Below are positions 11,259 through 23,767 of a DNA stretch of 64,000 nt, piece after piece. Each line of letters starts with the position of its first letter. Within the stretch, counting starts at the first letter, position 1. The notes under the pieces were generated by a model. That model ran no database searches. It was given only the letters and a program-made list of their open reading frames with translations, and was not told the DNA's origin. Where the stretch lies: assembly GCA_951406725.2 (NCBI GenBank), contig OX597821.1, positions 77,748,001-77,812,000 of the forward strand. Direction: 5' to 3'. The stretch is from Octopus vulgaris. Its lineage: Eukaryota. Position numbers and translations under genes: made by a program.

Positions 11259-11734
11259 ACAGTTCTGTATTTAAGAGATGAGAAATTATGTACATTATTT
11301 ACCTTGTTTACATTTGATGGATATTTGTCCTCATCTTGTTTGTTGTTAACACAACGTTTCGGCTGATATACCCTCCAGCCTTCATCAGGTGTCTTGGGGA
11401 AATTTTGAAACTGGGTTCTTATTCCTAAGGTATTTTTCAATGTTGTTGTTGTTTGTTATTATTATTATTATTAAGGTCACTGCCTGGAATCGAACTTGGA
11501 ATCTTGGGTTTACTAGCCAGACCACTACGGCATATGCCTGTGGGCATCTGGCATAGTGGTGACCTGAATGATAATAATAATAATAACAACAACAACATCG
11601 AAAAATACCTTAGGAATGAGAACCCAGGTTTGAAATTTCCTCAAGACACATGATGAAGGCTGGAGAGTATATCAGCCGAAACGTGTTAACAACAAATAAG
11701 ATGAGGACAAATATCCATCAAATGTAAATAATGT
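11259..11734. mobile_element. Head-to-head (foldback) pair of a tRNA-headed, hammerhead-containing SINE-like element with ~13-bp target-site duplication
   Basis: Left copy on - (11259-~11540), right copy on + (~11541-11734); flanks AATCCTGCATTAT (11246-11258) and AATCTTGCATTAT (11735-11747). Confidence 0.8.
11348..11393 (-). ncRNA. Minimal type I hammerhead ribozyme motif (Penelope-like), intact core
   Basis: - strand GACAC CUGAUGA A GGCUG gaggguauau CAGCC GAAA CG UU GUGUU: stem I GACAC/GUGUU, stem II GGCUG/CAGCC, palindromic AACGUU at stem III. Confidence 0.78.
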
Positions 11735-11916
11735 AATCTTGCATTATCTCAGCAACAAGATTTTGATGATCTGTATGTTTGTCTTTAGAATGACATTGTA
11801 GGGTAGGTGTGAGAGGCAGGATCTAATCAGTTTGAACAAAAAACATGAATATTTGGGCCAGACATGGTCGGTTTAAATACTGAAAGGGTTAACCTTTCTT
11901 CCTTCTTGATTTGCAG

Positions 11917-12060
11917 AGTAATTGTCGAGCGTTAGTCAGTTCATGTGGAATCCCTGGATCAAATCCCCAGCTTGAAGTTTTGCTCCAATGGATTGTTGCT
12001 TCATACATCCAAACTCCAGTTTTTATATGTTACACAAAGCAAAGTGAAAAACTTGTCAGG
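11917..12060 (+). CDS. Split-PARG/AKAP-like gene, exon 4 in window (C-terminal domain, first part)
   Basis: ttgcAG acceptor, AGG|GTGAGT donor, phase 0/0. SNCRALVSSCGIPGSNPQLEVLLQWIVASYIQTPVFICYTKQSEKLVR; P.L..LLQW..AS motif. Confidence 0.88.
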
Positions 12061-12997
12061 GTGAGTAAAGAACACTCGTTTATTCTGTAATGCTTCTTTT
12101 TTTTTATAATCTTTGGTGGGCGTGGCCGTTGCCAGTACCACCAAACTGGCCCTCGTGCCGGTGGCACGTAAAAGCACCCACTACATTCTTGGAGTGGTTG
12201 GCGTTAGGAAGGGCATCCAGCTGTAGAAACTCTGCCAGATCAGATTGAAGTCTGGTTCGCCAGACCTCAGTCGAATCGTCCAACCCATGCTAGCATGGAA
12301 AGCAGACGTCAAATGATGATGATGATGATGATGTCACATGATCATGAGCAGACTATTGGATGTTGTGAAACATCGCTGATCACTCTGCACTTTGCATTGT
12401 TTTAGCTTTTGAATGATGTCACCGCATTGGCTAGGTGAGCAGGCCAACACCTTCCCCTGATCAGGAGGCTAGTCCATTGCGGGTGTGACCCATTTACAGC
12501 TGAATGGACTGGAGCAATGCTAAATGAAGCATTTTGCTCAAGAACATAACACATTGCCCAGTCCAGGAATCGAACTCGGCATGTAAAAAGCATCATCCAA
12601 ACATGGCCGATGCCAGTACCCACTGACTGGCTCCTGTGCCAGTGGCACATAAAAAGCACTATCCGAACGTGATCAATGCTAGGCCTACCTGACCGGCTCC
12701 TGTGCCAGTGGCACGTAAAATCCTCTCTCCAAATGTGATCAATGCCAGGGCCGCCTGACTGGCTCCTGTGCTGGTGGCAGGTAAAATGTACCCACTACAC
12801 TCTTGAAGTGGTTGATGTTAGGAAGGGCATCCAGCTGTAGAAACATTGCCAGATCAGATTGGAGCCTGGTGCGGCCTTCTGGCTCGCCAGTCCTCAGTCA
12901 AACCTTCCAGTCAGTCAGGCGGCACAGACATCAACCACACTCGAATGGTGCTTTTTATATGCCACCTTGTATTAATTGTTTGTTGGGACACCACCTG

Positions 12998-13028
<31 letters not shown>

Positions 13029-13424
13029 GTGAGTGTATACATGCATACATACATACAGGTGTGTGTGTGTGTGTGTGTGTGTGTAGAGGCATGTGTCTTA
13101 GTGGTTAAAGGTGTTGCACTCATGGTCGTAAGATTGTGGTTTCAGTTCCTGGACTGGGTGATGCATTGTGTTCTTAAGCAAAACACTTCATTTCACTTTG
13201 CTCCAGTCCACTCAGCTGGCAAAAGCGAGTAGTTTGAGACTGACCAGTGTCCTGTTTGGGGGAATAATATATATGCGCCACAGAATCTGAGAAACCAGCC
13301 TCGTGAATGTGTAACTTGCGAAAGACTTTTGATCCTTTGATATATTTACACACACACACACACATGCACACAAACAATATGTTTCCACAGTGGGATTGAA
13401 TTAAGAACCATGAAGAGAAGCTAT

Positions 13425-13822
13425 TCTTTTATTCCTCTATTTGCTTCAGTCATTTGTCTGTGGCCATACTGGAGCACCGCCTTTAGTTGAACAGGTAGAC
13501 ATCCCCTCCAGACTTATTCTTTGTAAGCCTAGTACTTATTCTATTGGTATCTTTTGCTGAAGCGCTAAGTTACGGAGACATAAACACTCCAACATATGTT
13601 GTGGTGGTGATGGGGTGGGGTCAAACACACACACAAACATATACATATATATATATACACGACAGGCTTCTTTCAGTTTCCCTCTACCAAATCCACTCAC
13701 AAGGCTTTGGTTGGCCTGAGGCTGCAGTAGAAGACACTTGCCCAAGGTGCCACACAGTGGGACTGAACCTGGAACCATGTGGCTGGTAAGCAAGCTACTT
13801 ACCACACAGCCACTCCTGCGCC
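13425..13822 (-). mobile_element. tRNA-derived SINE family A copy
   Basis: Reverse complement of the 804-1185 and 45557-45960 copies; others at 23490-23920, 37700-38422, 38860-39230. Confidence 0.85.
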
Positions 13823-13908
13823 TCTGTTTGCATATTATTTATAATTTCCCAGTTTCTGTATGAAAACGATATTCCCTGTCTCAATGTTGTTTCTCTTTCA
13901 TGTTTCAG

Positions 13909-14304
13909 TTTCCCGATGTGGTCAGCATTGTCCAAGCAAAGTGCTGGACTGTTGGTGATCTGATGTGTACTGTACATAAGTTCTGTAACCAGGCTCTTGA
14001 GCAGTTGGACTCTGAAGGAATAATTACATTAGATTTATTCGAAGAAGTCCTCATATCTGCCCATCGTTGTCGTCCTGTTCTTGAAATGTCTCCAGATGAC
14101 GCCACTGTTATTGCTGAAGTGCCTACAAGCGATTCCACTGTTGTCGACCTGCCACTTGAATATGTCACCTCTAGCAACAACAACAACAACAATGATGATG
14201 ATAATGGCAATGTTGTTCCGGCTGTATCCGAAAATGACCAAATCCTTCCTACCACTCTCCTCCCTTCTGAGAGTGATACAGTAATTGATGACGATCCTGA
14301 CTGA
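13909..14304 (+). CDS. Split-PARG/AKAP-like gene, terminal coding exon
   Basis: tttcAG acceptor, phase 0. FPDVVSIVQAKCWTVGDLMCTVHKFC...LDLFEEVL then acidic tail, TGA at 14302-14304; an AT-rich 3'UTR-like tract follows. Confidence 0.88.
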   Translation, partial: FPDVVSIVQAKCWTVGDLMCTVHKFCNQALEQLDSEGIITLDLFEEVLISAHRCRPVLEMSPDDATVIAEVPTSDSTVVDLPLEYVTSSNNNNNNDDDNGNVVPAVSENDQILPTTLLPSESDTVIDDDPD

Positions 14305-15650
14305 ATTCTTGCAGGAATGGATTGGGAATTTTTAAAAAATTGTCACTGATAGTCAGAGGTTAACTTTTTTTTCTCAGTTTTTTTTTTTTTTTTTTTTTTT
14401 CACCTTCCCACTGGCTCTGTTATGGTTGCTGCTTCTCAACTTCTTCTTTCTGAAAGTACCAAGATGCTATAAAGAAAGAAAGAAGATATAGAACCAAAAC
14501 AAATATGAAAGCGAAGAATCACTTTGTATGTTCATCTTTGTTATGGATGTCCATTTTTTAGAGTAGGAGAGATAGACTGGAGTTGTTGCAATAAGGATGG
14601 GCGTATACTGTTTACCCCGTCCTTGATGTGTTGCTTAAGATTATTCTGTTACCTTTTGGGCGAAGGTACGTTGCTGCTGTTGCCACAGAATGTATTGTTT
14701 TTTCTTTTACTGTTGAAAAACCCTGCCGAGTCATTGTTTCCTGAATCCAGTTGCCAGTATGGTTGCATTTCAAGATAAAGATCCTGTAAATGTTTGAAAA
14801 AGAAGTGTTTAAGTTTGCGAACCAAATTTGTATGAAATCTTACTCTTGTCAGTAATGGAATGCTTTCAACTGAAAGTTCAAAAAGGGAAAAAAAAATGGT
14901 TGGTACCAACAACCAGAATGTCTACTTAAATGTTTGTTTACCAAAAGCCTGTGTATAGTAAAACAAAATACAAAAAAAAAAAAATCTGAAGAATTAACTT
15001 TCTATTTTCTTAATATGTTTATTTATTATTTTGTTATCTTTTATTATTTGAGTTTAGTGAACGAGAATATAGTTTTGTTGATCTTGTTTGTGTCTTGGAC
15101 TAATTCTTGCTGCCAAAAATGGTTGTTTTGAATAAACACCTCTTCTCCCATTCCAAAAATAGATGAAAAAAAAATGTAAAAAAATTGCAAAATTTGCTAT
15201 TCATAAAATATTTTGGATTATTATCACCTGACTAATTAATGCAAGTGATAATGATGATAATAATTGTGGGGAACTATCATAGAATTAAAAAACAAAAAAT
15301 ATACATATATTTTGCCTGTTTTTTTTTTTAATTTGTATGTTTTATGATGTGTTTTCATGAGTCAGAACATGTCTATCACTTCTTAAAAGGCTACATTTAA
15401 AACTAGGCAGTGAAATAATTTAAGCTGTTTTGTGTCATCTCAACTTGAAAAAAACTTTTTTTTAAAATCAACCCTTCCCACAAAAAAAATTGAACTAAAT
15501 TAAACTAAAATAAAAAGAAAAACAATAAAAATTCTTACCAAAAACGAAACAGCTGATCAGAGGGAAATATTAGCTGCTAGCTGAAACTATTTTATTTCAT
15601 CTTCTCTCTCTAGTGTCTCGTTTAAAACCCAGTTGTATTAATAAATGTTT
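14305..15650 (+). other. Probable 3'UTR of the PARG/AKAP-like gene
   Basis: Transposon-free AT/U-rich tract after the stop; AATAAA at 15131 and near 15523 and 15640; true end unknown. Confidence 0.45.
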
Positions 15651-15995
15651 GTAATTGTAAAAGAAAAAAAAAGAAAAAACTGAACAACAAAAAATCTCTA
15701 ATCAGTTTTAAATGTAATGAGAAGGTAAAACAGAATATATTATATTTTATGTTAAAGTTTTAAAACTTAGGCATTGTGTATGGAACTCCATAAATGAATA
15801 ATTAAAACATTATTATTATTATGATTATTATTATTATTATTATTTGTGTTTTGAAGGAGTGGACACTTGTTTGTGGCTTGTAAGTTTTCTTTAGCATTTG
15901 TTTTATTAGTGTTCCAAATTTTGTTGGACTGCTCACTAAATAACCCAGCTCACTGCAAGCAAATTGAGCTGATTTGGTGGGAATTCTCCCTTTAA

Positions 15996-17075
15996 CCCTT
16001 TCGTTACGAAACTGCCCGAAAAAAGTTTTGGTTAATGTGACCAAACCGCCCAAAGCCGCCCGAATTTACCTATTCATATTTAAATGAGAATATCAGAGCA
16101 AATCTCTTTAGTACTTTCGTGAAAATACGTATTATACTTCGTAAAGAGTTCAACTACAGTTTTGTACAAAAATCGAAGTGTAATTTTAATTCCGTGAATT
16201 TTGGGAGATTTTTTTCCGAAATTTGTTCCTATTGTGTTTTCAAAATTTGTAATTCTGACAAAAAATGGATATGAATTTCATTATATCAAGCAGTGAGTCA
16301 GAATTCAAAGGATTTTCTACTGAAGACCTTCATAAATCTAACTCTATGACTGAAAAAAAAAAGCATGTGGTATTTGATAATGAATCTGATGTTTTTTCAT
16401 TTTCCGAAAGTGAAAACAGTGAATCCGAGATCTCCGACAGCGATAAAGAAAATGAATTGGCACCTGAATAGAGTGAAAATTGAAAAACTGTTTCTTTTCG
16501 GTGATTTTTCTGAAGAAACTGGACCAAGTCACAGACTTTCCCAGGAGAGTAAAGCCTTAGACTATTTCTTTTTACTTTTTCGAATGAGCCTATTTGAAAT
16601 CATTACGGCGAAAACGAACCGTTACGCTAAACGTAAACAAAGCGAAAGAAAGGATACTTTGTGGTTTCCCATAACCTTAAATGAAATTAAGACTATTTTG
16701 CCATAAATATTATTATAGGTATCAGAAAGTTACCCAGAATAACAAATTCTATCGTAAAATTTTGTTGTATACCCAATTGAATATTAGCTAATAACCCATT
16801 TTCTATAGCGATGTTTGAACAAAATTTTAATAATTTTATATTTTGTTGAATTTACCTGTATCTACCTGCAATTAGAGTCACTTTGTGACAAAAATTATAG
16901 TATAGAATTGGTTGAGAACATTTCATTAAATTATCTTCCAAAATTCACGTTAATATATTGATAAATAAAAAAGTTATAGTTGTTTAATGAAACCAGACTA
17001 AATTTATGATTACGTTAGAAATTAATTGAAACACATAAGGGGTGTATTTTGATCAGAAATATAGTAACGAAAGGG
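15996..17075 (+). mobile_element. Internally deleted piggyBac-like DNA transposon
   Basis: TTAA on both sides; TIRs CCCTTTCGTTAC / GTAACGAAAGGG; decayed transposase N-terminus (acidic Ser-rich head, DYFFLLF..SLFEII...TNRYA...W.PIT.NEIK). Confidence 0.9.
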
Positions 17076-17407
17076 TTAAGAGCGAATTTTAAGTTTTAGA
17101 ATTGGAAATTTAATATTACAAAACAAAAATAAAATATCAGTATGGTTTCTTAAATCGAGTGATGGCTGTTGGAACAGCCATTATGACATTGTTTTCCTAC
17201 CACTAGTTGATGTGGTCGAGAGATGAAGCACTGATAACAGCAGCAACAAAAACAAGAGTAGCAACAACAATAGAAGCAGAAGCACGGATTCCACCACCAA
17301 TGTGGAGGGCATATCAGCCGAAACATTGGGTTAACAAACAAGATGAGGACAAATATCCGTCAAATGTAAATAATGTAAATAATGTAGCGTCATATATATA
17401 TAAACAA

Positions 17408-17630
17408 TTTATAAACAAGGGCAAAAGAAAATTATTCCTATGCCAATATGCTGATAACAGACTTTTAAATTGTCAATTTGTACATATTATAATATACCCA
17501 CTACAGAAATATATTGTGCTGAAATCAAGTGCAACGTAGTGGGTATATAATATGTGGAAATTGACAATTTAAAAGTCTGTTATCAGCATATTGGCATAGA
17601 AATAATTTTCTTTTGTCCTTGTTTATAATT
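17408..17630. repeat. Inverted repeat (~70-bp arms)
   Basis: ATAAACAAGGGCAAAAGAAAATTATT...TTTTAAATTGTCAATTT vs AAATTGACAATTTAAAA...AATAATTTTCTTTTGTCCTTGTTTAT. Confidence 0.85.
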
Positions 17631-17699
17631 TTAACCTTTGAAGATATTTTAATATGCTGCCACTTTTTTGGTGAAATTTTTTCTGTAAAAAAACTTCAT

Positions 17700-17734
<35 letters not shown>

Positions 17735-17738
<4 letters not shown>

Positions 17739-19697
17739 ATGGCCATCCACTCGTGACTGAGGAAGACCATTGCTGACCTTAGGGACATTGTGCGCTCTAG
17801 GACTAACTTATATTTTGCATTTGCGGCTCCATTGGTGGCTAATGAGCCCTGCTCTTGACAAGCATACATGACTGCAAACATTGCAGACCAAGCTTTCCCC
17901 ATTCACTATACAAGCCGTGCGCTTTTGCGGAGCTTGCTTAAGTTCTTCATGCTGGATACGTGCTTTCTCAAAAGTGGCGGTTCCCTCCTTAACCTACTTC
18001 CTCTATCTGTGGTGATGACAGGCATTGTTCTCCCAGTCAGTGTCCTGTATATCACAGGCCTTTAATGAGGACTTCCTTAAATCGCAGCTTTGGTTTCTGC
18101 CAAAGTCTCCTTCCATTCACAAGTTCATAGAGCATCTGCTTAGGAATCCTTCTATCCTTCATTCTAATAAGGTGTCCGGTCCAACGTAACTGGTGCTTGT
18201 GCACTATCGCCTCAATACTCAAGATATCAGCTGTCCTCAGGATCTGTGTGTCTGGAATTTTTGAGGTCCAGCCAACATTGAGAATGTGTCTGAGACATTT
18301 CTGATGAAAGCGTTCAAGGATCCTTACCGGATATTTGTACAGAGTCCATGTCTCACATGAGTAGAGGAGTGATGTCAGTACACAGCAACTTTTGTTCTCC
18401 TTGCGATGCCATGTTGGGACCAGACATGAGACTGAAGAGACCGGAAGGAATTAGTTGCTTTCTGCAAGCTTGTCTACTACCTTCAGAATTGTTCCTTCAA
18501 CCAAGATAGCTGGTTCTATATATGGATTTCCTGGTGCAGGCTGGAACATTACAACAGTCTTGTCCAGGCTAATGCTGAGTCCAAATGCCCTGCAAGAAGC
18601 AGAAATGCAATTCATGAGTATTTGCATGTCATCCACTGCATGAGTGACTAAGTCACAGTCATCTGCATAAAGGAGGTCATGAATAATAGACTGGGAAACC
18701 TTTGAATTGGCAGCAAATTGGTGAAGATTAAAGAGGTGGCCAGAGGATCGATATCTGACATATATTCCCAGAGAGCTAACCTTAGCAAAAGCATGAGTAA
18801 AAGCAGCAGCAAAGTACAAAGAAAAGAGAGTTGGGGCAAGGATGTCACGCTGCTTGACACCATTCTCTACAGGAATGGGCCCACCATGGCACCACCAACA
18901 TTGACCCAAGCCTCCATCCCATCATGAAATGATTTAATTATAGCTACAAAGTGATCCAGACATCCAAGTTTGCCAAGTATTTTCCACAGAAAGGCCCTAT
19001 TTACAGTATCAAAGGCCTTTGTTAAATCAATGAATACCTGGACAAGATCCATATTCTGCTCATAGCACTTCTCCTGCATCTGTCTTGCTGTGAAAATCAT
19101 ATCCATTGTCCCTCTACCAGATTGGAAGCCACATTGAGATTCAGACAGGACATCATTTACGAGACACCCATTCAGACAGGTAAGAATATTTGCCAGCAGC
19201 TGATAGTAGAGCAATACCGCTGTAGTTACCACACATTGTTCTGGCTCCTTTTCCTTTATATAGAGAAGAATAATTGCATCCTTCCAGTCCTTAGGGATTG
19301 CACCATCCCTCCAGACTGCACTAATAAGTTCATGAAGGGACTGTGTGATGCAATTACCACCAAATCGCAAGACCTCAGCACAAATTCCATCCTTTCCAGG
19401 TGCCCTACCAAGATTCAATTTACTTATTGATGTCATCACTTCATCTATTGAGAGCGAGGAGTCTAAGGAGCCAATGATAGGTCTTTGTTGCATAGTATCA
19501 ATCACTGTTTCATCCACAACTGACTCATGGTTTAGGAGTTCAGAGAAGTGTTCGATCCAGCGACCTGTGATTTCTGTTGATTTAGTAAACAGAGTGGAAG
19601 ACTCCTTGGGAAGCAAAGGAGCTGATGTGGAGCTCTTAGGTCCATAAGCTCGCTTCATAAGATGGTAAAGCTTCTTGCTGTCATTTGCATATGACAC
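17735..19697 (-). mobile_element. 5'-truncated RTE-clade LINE with frameshifted reverse transcriptase
   Basis: RT motifs: GRAPGKDGI, ESQCGF..GRGTMDMIF..RQMQEKC.EQN, FIDLTKAFDTV, GVKQ.DILAPTLF, LLYADD; 3' end abuts (TA)n. Confidence 0.93.
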
Positions 19698-21951
19698 ATT
19701 CTACCAGTATCCGAAGTTTGACAGTGTTTAGTTATAAAAAATTAATTTCTCGATCTGCCGTTCAAAGGAAAAAGATCCCTTTCTATGTTCATTTAGCTAA
19801 ACTGTAGAAATTGTAGTTTTGATATTGTTAAAATCCCCGTATTTTGCCATGTTAATTGAAAAAAAAAAAAAAAAAAATTCGAAAAAGTTTGAAATTTAAA
19901 AGTGGAGTTGGGGTGGGTGGGTTACATTTTGAAAAAAAATTACTTTTTCACTTATCGTAAACTCCAACATCTAAAATGTACGAATTTAAAGAAATTTCTT
20001 CAAAAAGAAATGCATTTTTGAAGGTGAGGTGCCGCACCGCATTCGTCGCCGAATATTATTAATGCTTCATCTGTCGATCTCAGACGAATGAAATAGCTGC
20101 TAAATCTCCCTCAAATCACATCCAACATCCCCCCCACAAAAAAAAGGGAAGAAGGGCAAACTTGGGATAATGTCGTCCTTCTTTCAGAGATGTAAGGGAT
20201 GGTCAGGGCTGGAACGTCTTTGATCCTAAATTTGCTCAAGCAGGGTTAAGCAGCAGCAGCAGATTAGCGTATGGCCTAACAAGGGAAACTACGCGGTCAT
20301 TCAACATGCTAGAAATAGCAACCACAAGCTCACTCAATTCATATCCCACGGTCCTAAAAAGGGATATTTTTCATAATATTGTTTTAAATATACAAAAGGA
20401 CGAGGTGGTCATGGCTAGAATTCCTTTCGTTATACGTCTATTTGGTCAGGACTGAGTAAAATCTAAGCAGCAACAACAACTACTGAAATCGGTGTCACTG
20501 ACATGCTAGTTATAGCAGTCAAATGTCCTTCACAGTAACTTTTACCCTTCAGAAAAAAAAGAGACGAATATATTGTGAAAGTCAATTCTGCTATATACTG
20601 GGACCTCACGTATTTAATATAGTGAGTTGACAAAAACCAAGATTAAATGAACATATCCATACAATTGTAGACAGAATCCTTCGAAGGCGGGGGTTAAATT
20701 TTTGAAAAAGTGGGGGAAAAAAACCCATGTAAGGAAGATAACTCCAATAAACTTAATGAAGTTTCAAAAAATAACGAAAAAGGCTGACTTTGGTGGAACT
20801 GAAGAGAATTAAATAGAACCATGCAGATCTAGAAGGAAGCATTAACGAGGTTGATTGACATGCTAGAAATAGCAGTTCAATTTCCCCCTACCGTCTTAAA
20901 AAGGGGCTCATTAGGTTATGTAGTGCGAGATATACTATTCTAGGAAAACACGAAGAAAAGAACGAAGATGTGTTGGTCGGCATGGCAAGGAGTTGGTGTA
21001 TTTGAGGGTCATAAACAGACATTCGATCAGTTACTTTGGTGCTATGGATGTTCTTGAGCAGAACTCACTCAACAAAAATAACATCGATTAAACTCGTTGG
21101 TGGACAAAAGGCTTCAGGCTCTTTACATTCAGAGTTCAAACCTTGTCGAGATCGATAAAATAAGTACGAATCTTGTTAAAATTATTCCAGCCATTTTAAA
21201 GTATTTCAAATTTTCACCAGCTTTTAGTTTTTTCAAACTTTCTACACTGATGCAATTTCTTTATTATTAAGTTTTAGAAAAAATAAGTACCTTATTTTCG
21301 TCATTAACATTCAAAAACTACATTTGTTTGAAAATAATTTGGTAAGATTTGAAATACTTCAAATCGTTGGAAAAAATTTAGCAAGATCCCTAAGTACTAG
21401 TTGAGCACTGGGTTCGATGCAGGCGACTAACCCTTCCCACCACAGAATTACAGGCCTAACGCTTATATTTAACTCGCAGCTAAGCCCAGTTTCACCCGGT
21501 CTGTTTGGATGATGTGGCTGTGATCGTTTTCGGTTAGGCATAATCTTTAACAGCGTTTCTCAACCTTATCATTTCGGGTCCCCTGTTTCGATTGGAGCCT
21601 CCAGCTGTATGAAAATTTCCTGACCCCACTCCATCAGAAAACAGCTCCTAAGCACCTGGTTGTTTTAATGGCAGAAGAAAGAGGGAAATTCAATTAGAAA
21701 AAGTTTTAATCGATTTTCTCGGTAAGTATGTGGGTTAGGAAAAAATACAAATTGTATTCCAATCTATGCACTTGTCTCCACATGTGTGCCATTTTTCACG
21801 TGAATCCACTCTGCCGTTTGGCTGTGAACCTCAAGACAAGAAAGTATACAACGATCGCCCCTGTCCAATTTATATTATGGATTAGGAGTTTTATTACAAG
21901 GGGGACTGTTCTTTAGTAAACACCGGGTACCAAATGACCTCCCCAACAACC

Positions 21952-22035
21952 ATGCGGATGGTTTATGGTGTAAATATTTTATGTCGCCGTGTCTTCACGC
22001 CCAGCAGTCAACAATGGACCCTTCATTCTGTAAAG
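21952..22035 (+). CDS. MRPS9: MRPS9 exon 1 (putative mitochondrial targeting peptide)
   Basis: accATG context; MRMVYGVNILCRRVFTPSSQQWTLHSVK (Arg-containing, no acidic residues); AAG|GTATAT phase-0 donor fits exon 2; alternative in-frame ATG at 21934. Confidence 0.65.
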
Positions 22036-23730
22036 GTATATTTCATTAATGCTTTCTACTGTATGATCCCGAATCAATTTGTGGTTTACATATTTCTGAC
22101 AATGATGCTATTTACAGTTTTAGCGACGTTGGGGGAAGTTAAGTTCCCCGACTAAGGTCTTGGAGATCATAATTAGGCGACTTTGCTTCGATGCCCGGTT
22201 GTAGTTAATTAGCATTAGCATTAATTAAGCCGTTGATGGCACGAGAAAGGTATGAACGTCACACCTTCACATCTATAATTCCATGCCGCATGTCTGTGAA
22301 TATACGAAGATTCATTCTCTTCCCCCCTCTGTCCCAATCCAGAAGGTTAAACAAGAGTCTTTTATTTATTTTAATGAAAGTTAATTCCTCTGAATGATTG
22401 TGTCAAACACAAGTATCGAAGAATATTTAGTATGATTACAAAATGCATTTATTTATATGTCTCTAAATAGAAGTTGTTGTTAAATCGCATAATGTTCTGT
22501 TGTCCTTAAATATATATTTCTTTACTACCCACAAGGGGTTAAACACAGAGAGGACAAACAAGGACAGACAAACGGATTAAGTCGATTATATCGACCCCAG
22601 TGCGTAACTGGTACTTATTTAATCGACCCCGAAAGGATGAAAGGCAAAGTCGGCCCCGGCGGAATTTGAACTCAGAACGTAACGGCAGACGAAATCCGGC
22701 TACGCATTTCGCCCGGCGTGCTAACGTTTCTGCCAGCTCACCGCCACTGTTGTCCTTAAATATAGAATTCAGTTTCCTTTAAACGCTAATGGGCAACCTG
22801 CGGCCCGCGAGATTTTCTGACTGACACAGTTAACGAAATATTACCTCTTCTTAGTTGCGCGACCCTCTTCTTTAAAAAGATTGCCCATGTCTTCTCTAAT
22901 CTATCATTGAAACATCACCGAAGCCAATCAGTTTTGCGTGGATTATCCCTGCCGAGGCTAATCCGGAATCGCTGATTAGAGGGACGATTAGGTCATATGA
23001 TGAAAGTATTGAACATGTATTGCTGACGGATCTTTTGGTTATTAATAGACATTCTCTCGAACCCTCTATATTCCGTACAGAGGCGCAGGTATAGCCGTGT
23101 GGTTAAGAAGCTTTTCAATCGCGTGGTTTCGGGTTCAGTCCCACTGCACGGCACCTTGGGCACCTGTCTTCGGGGTTGTCCAGTGCCTTCTAAGTGAATT
23201 TGGTAAGAGAGAAACTGGAAACTCGTCGTGTATACATCTGTCTTTGTGATTCTCCCCATCACTACCACCACCACCACTTCACAACCAGTGTTGTTTTGTT
23301 TGTCTCCTTAACTCAGTGGTTCGGCAAAAAGAGACCAAAACAATAAGTACTAAACTTATTAAGTACTGGGGTCAAAATTGCTAGCCTTGTGCTTATAGTA
23401 GAAAATCATCATCATCATCATCATTATTATTATTATTATTATATCGAAAAGTGGCGAATTGGCTGATGAAAAATGCTTTATTCTTTTGCTCTTTTACACG
23501 GTTCAGTCATTTGACTGTGGCCACGCTGGGGCACTGTCTTTAATCGAACAAATTGACCTCAGGATTTATTCTTTGTAAGCCTAGTACTTATTCTACCGTT
23601 CGCTTTTTGATGAACCACTAAGTTACAGGACGTAAACACACCAACATCAGTTGCCAAGCGATGGTGGAGGTACAAACACAGATACACAAATACATACATA
23701 CACACACACATTTATGTGTGTGTGTGTGTG

Positions 23731-23767
<37 letters not shown>

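Noticed and set aside
2946-14304. Assigning the symbol PARG or AKAP11
   Set aside because: The protein has features of both and orthology cannot be set without phylogeny, so the symbol was left empty.
21668-21721. Alternative MRPS9 first exon ending at G|GTAAGT
   Set aside because: The ATG frame stops after nine codons and the region resembles a Helitron-like repeat fragment; a non-coding exon cannot be excluded.
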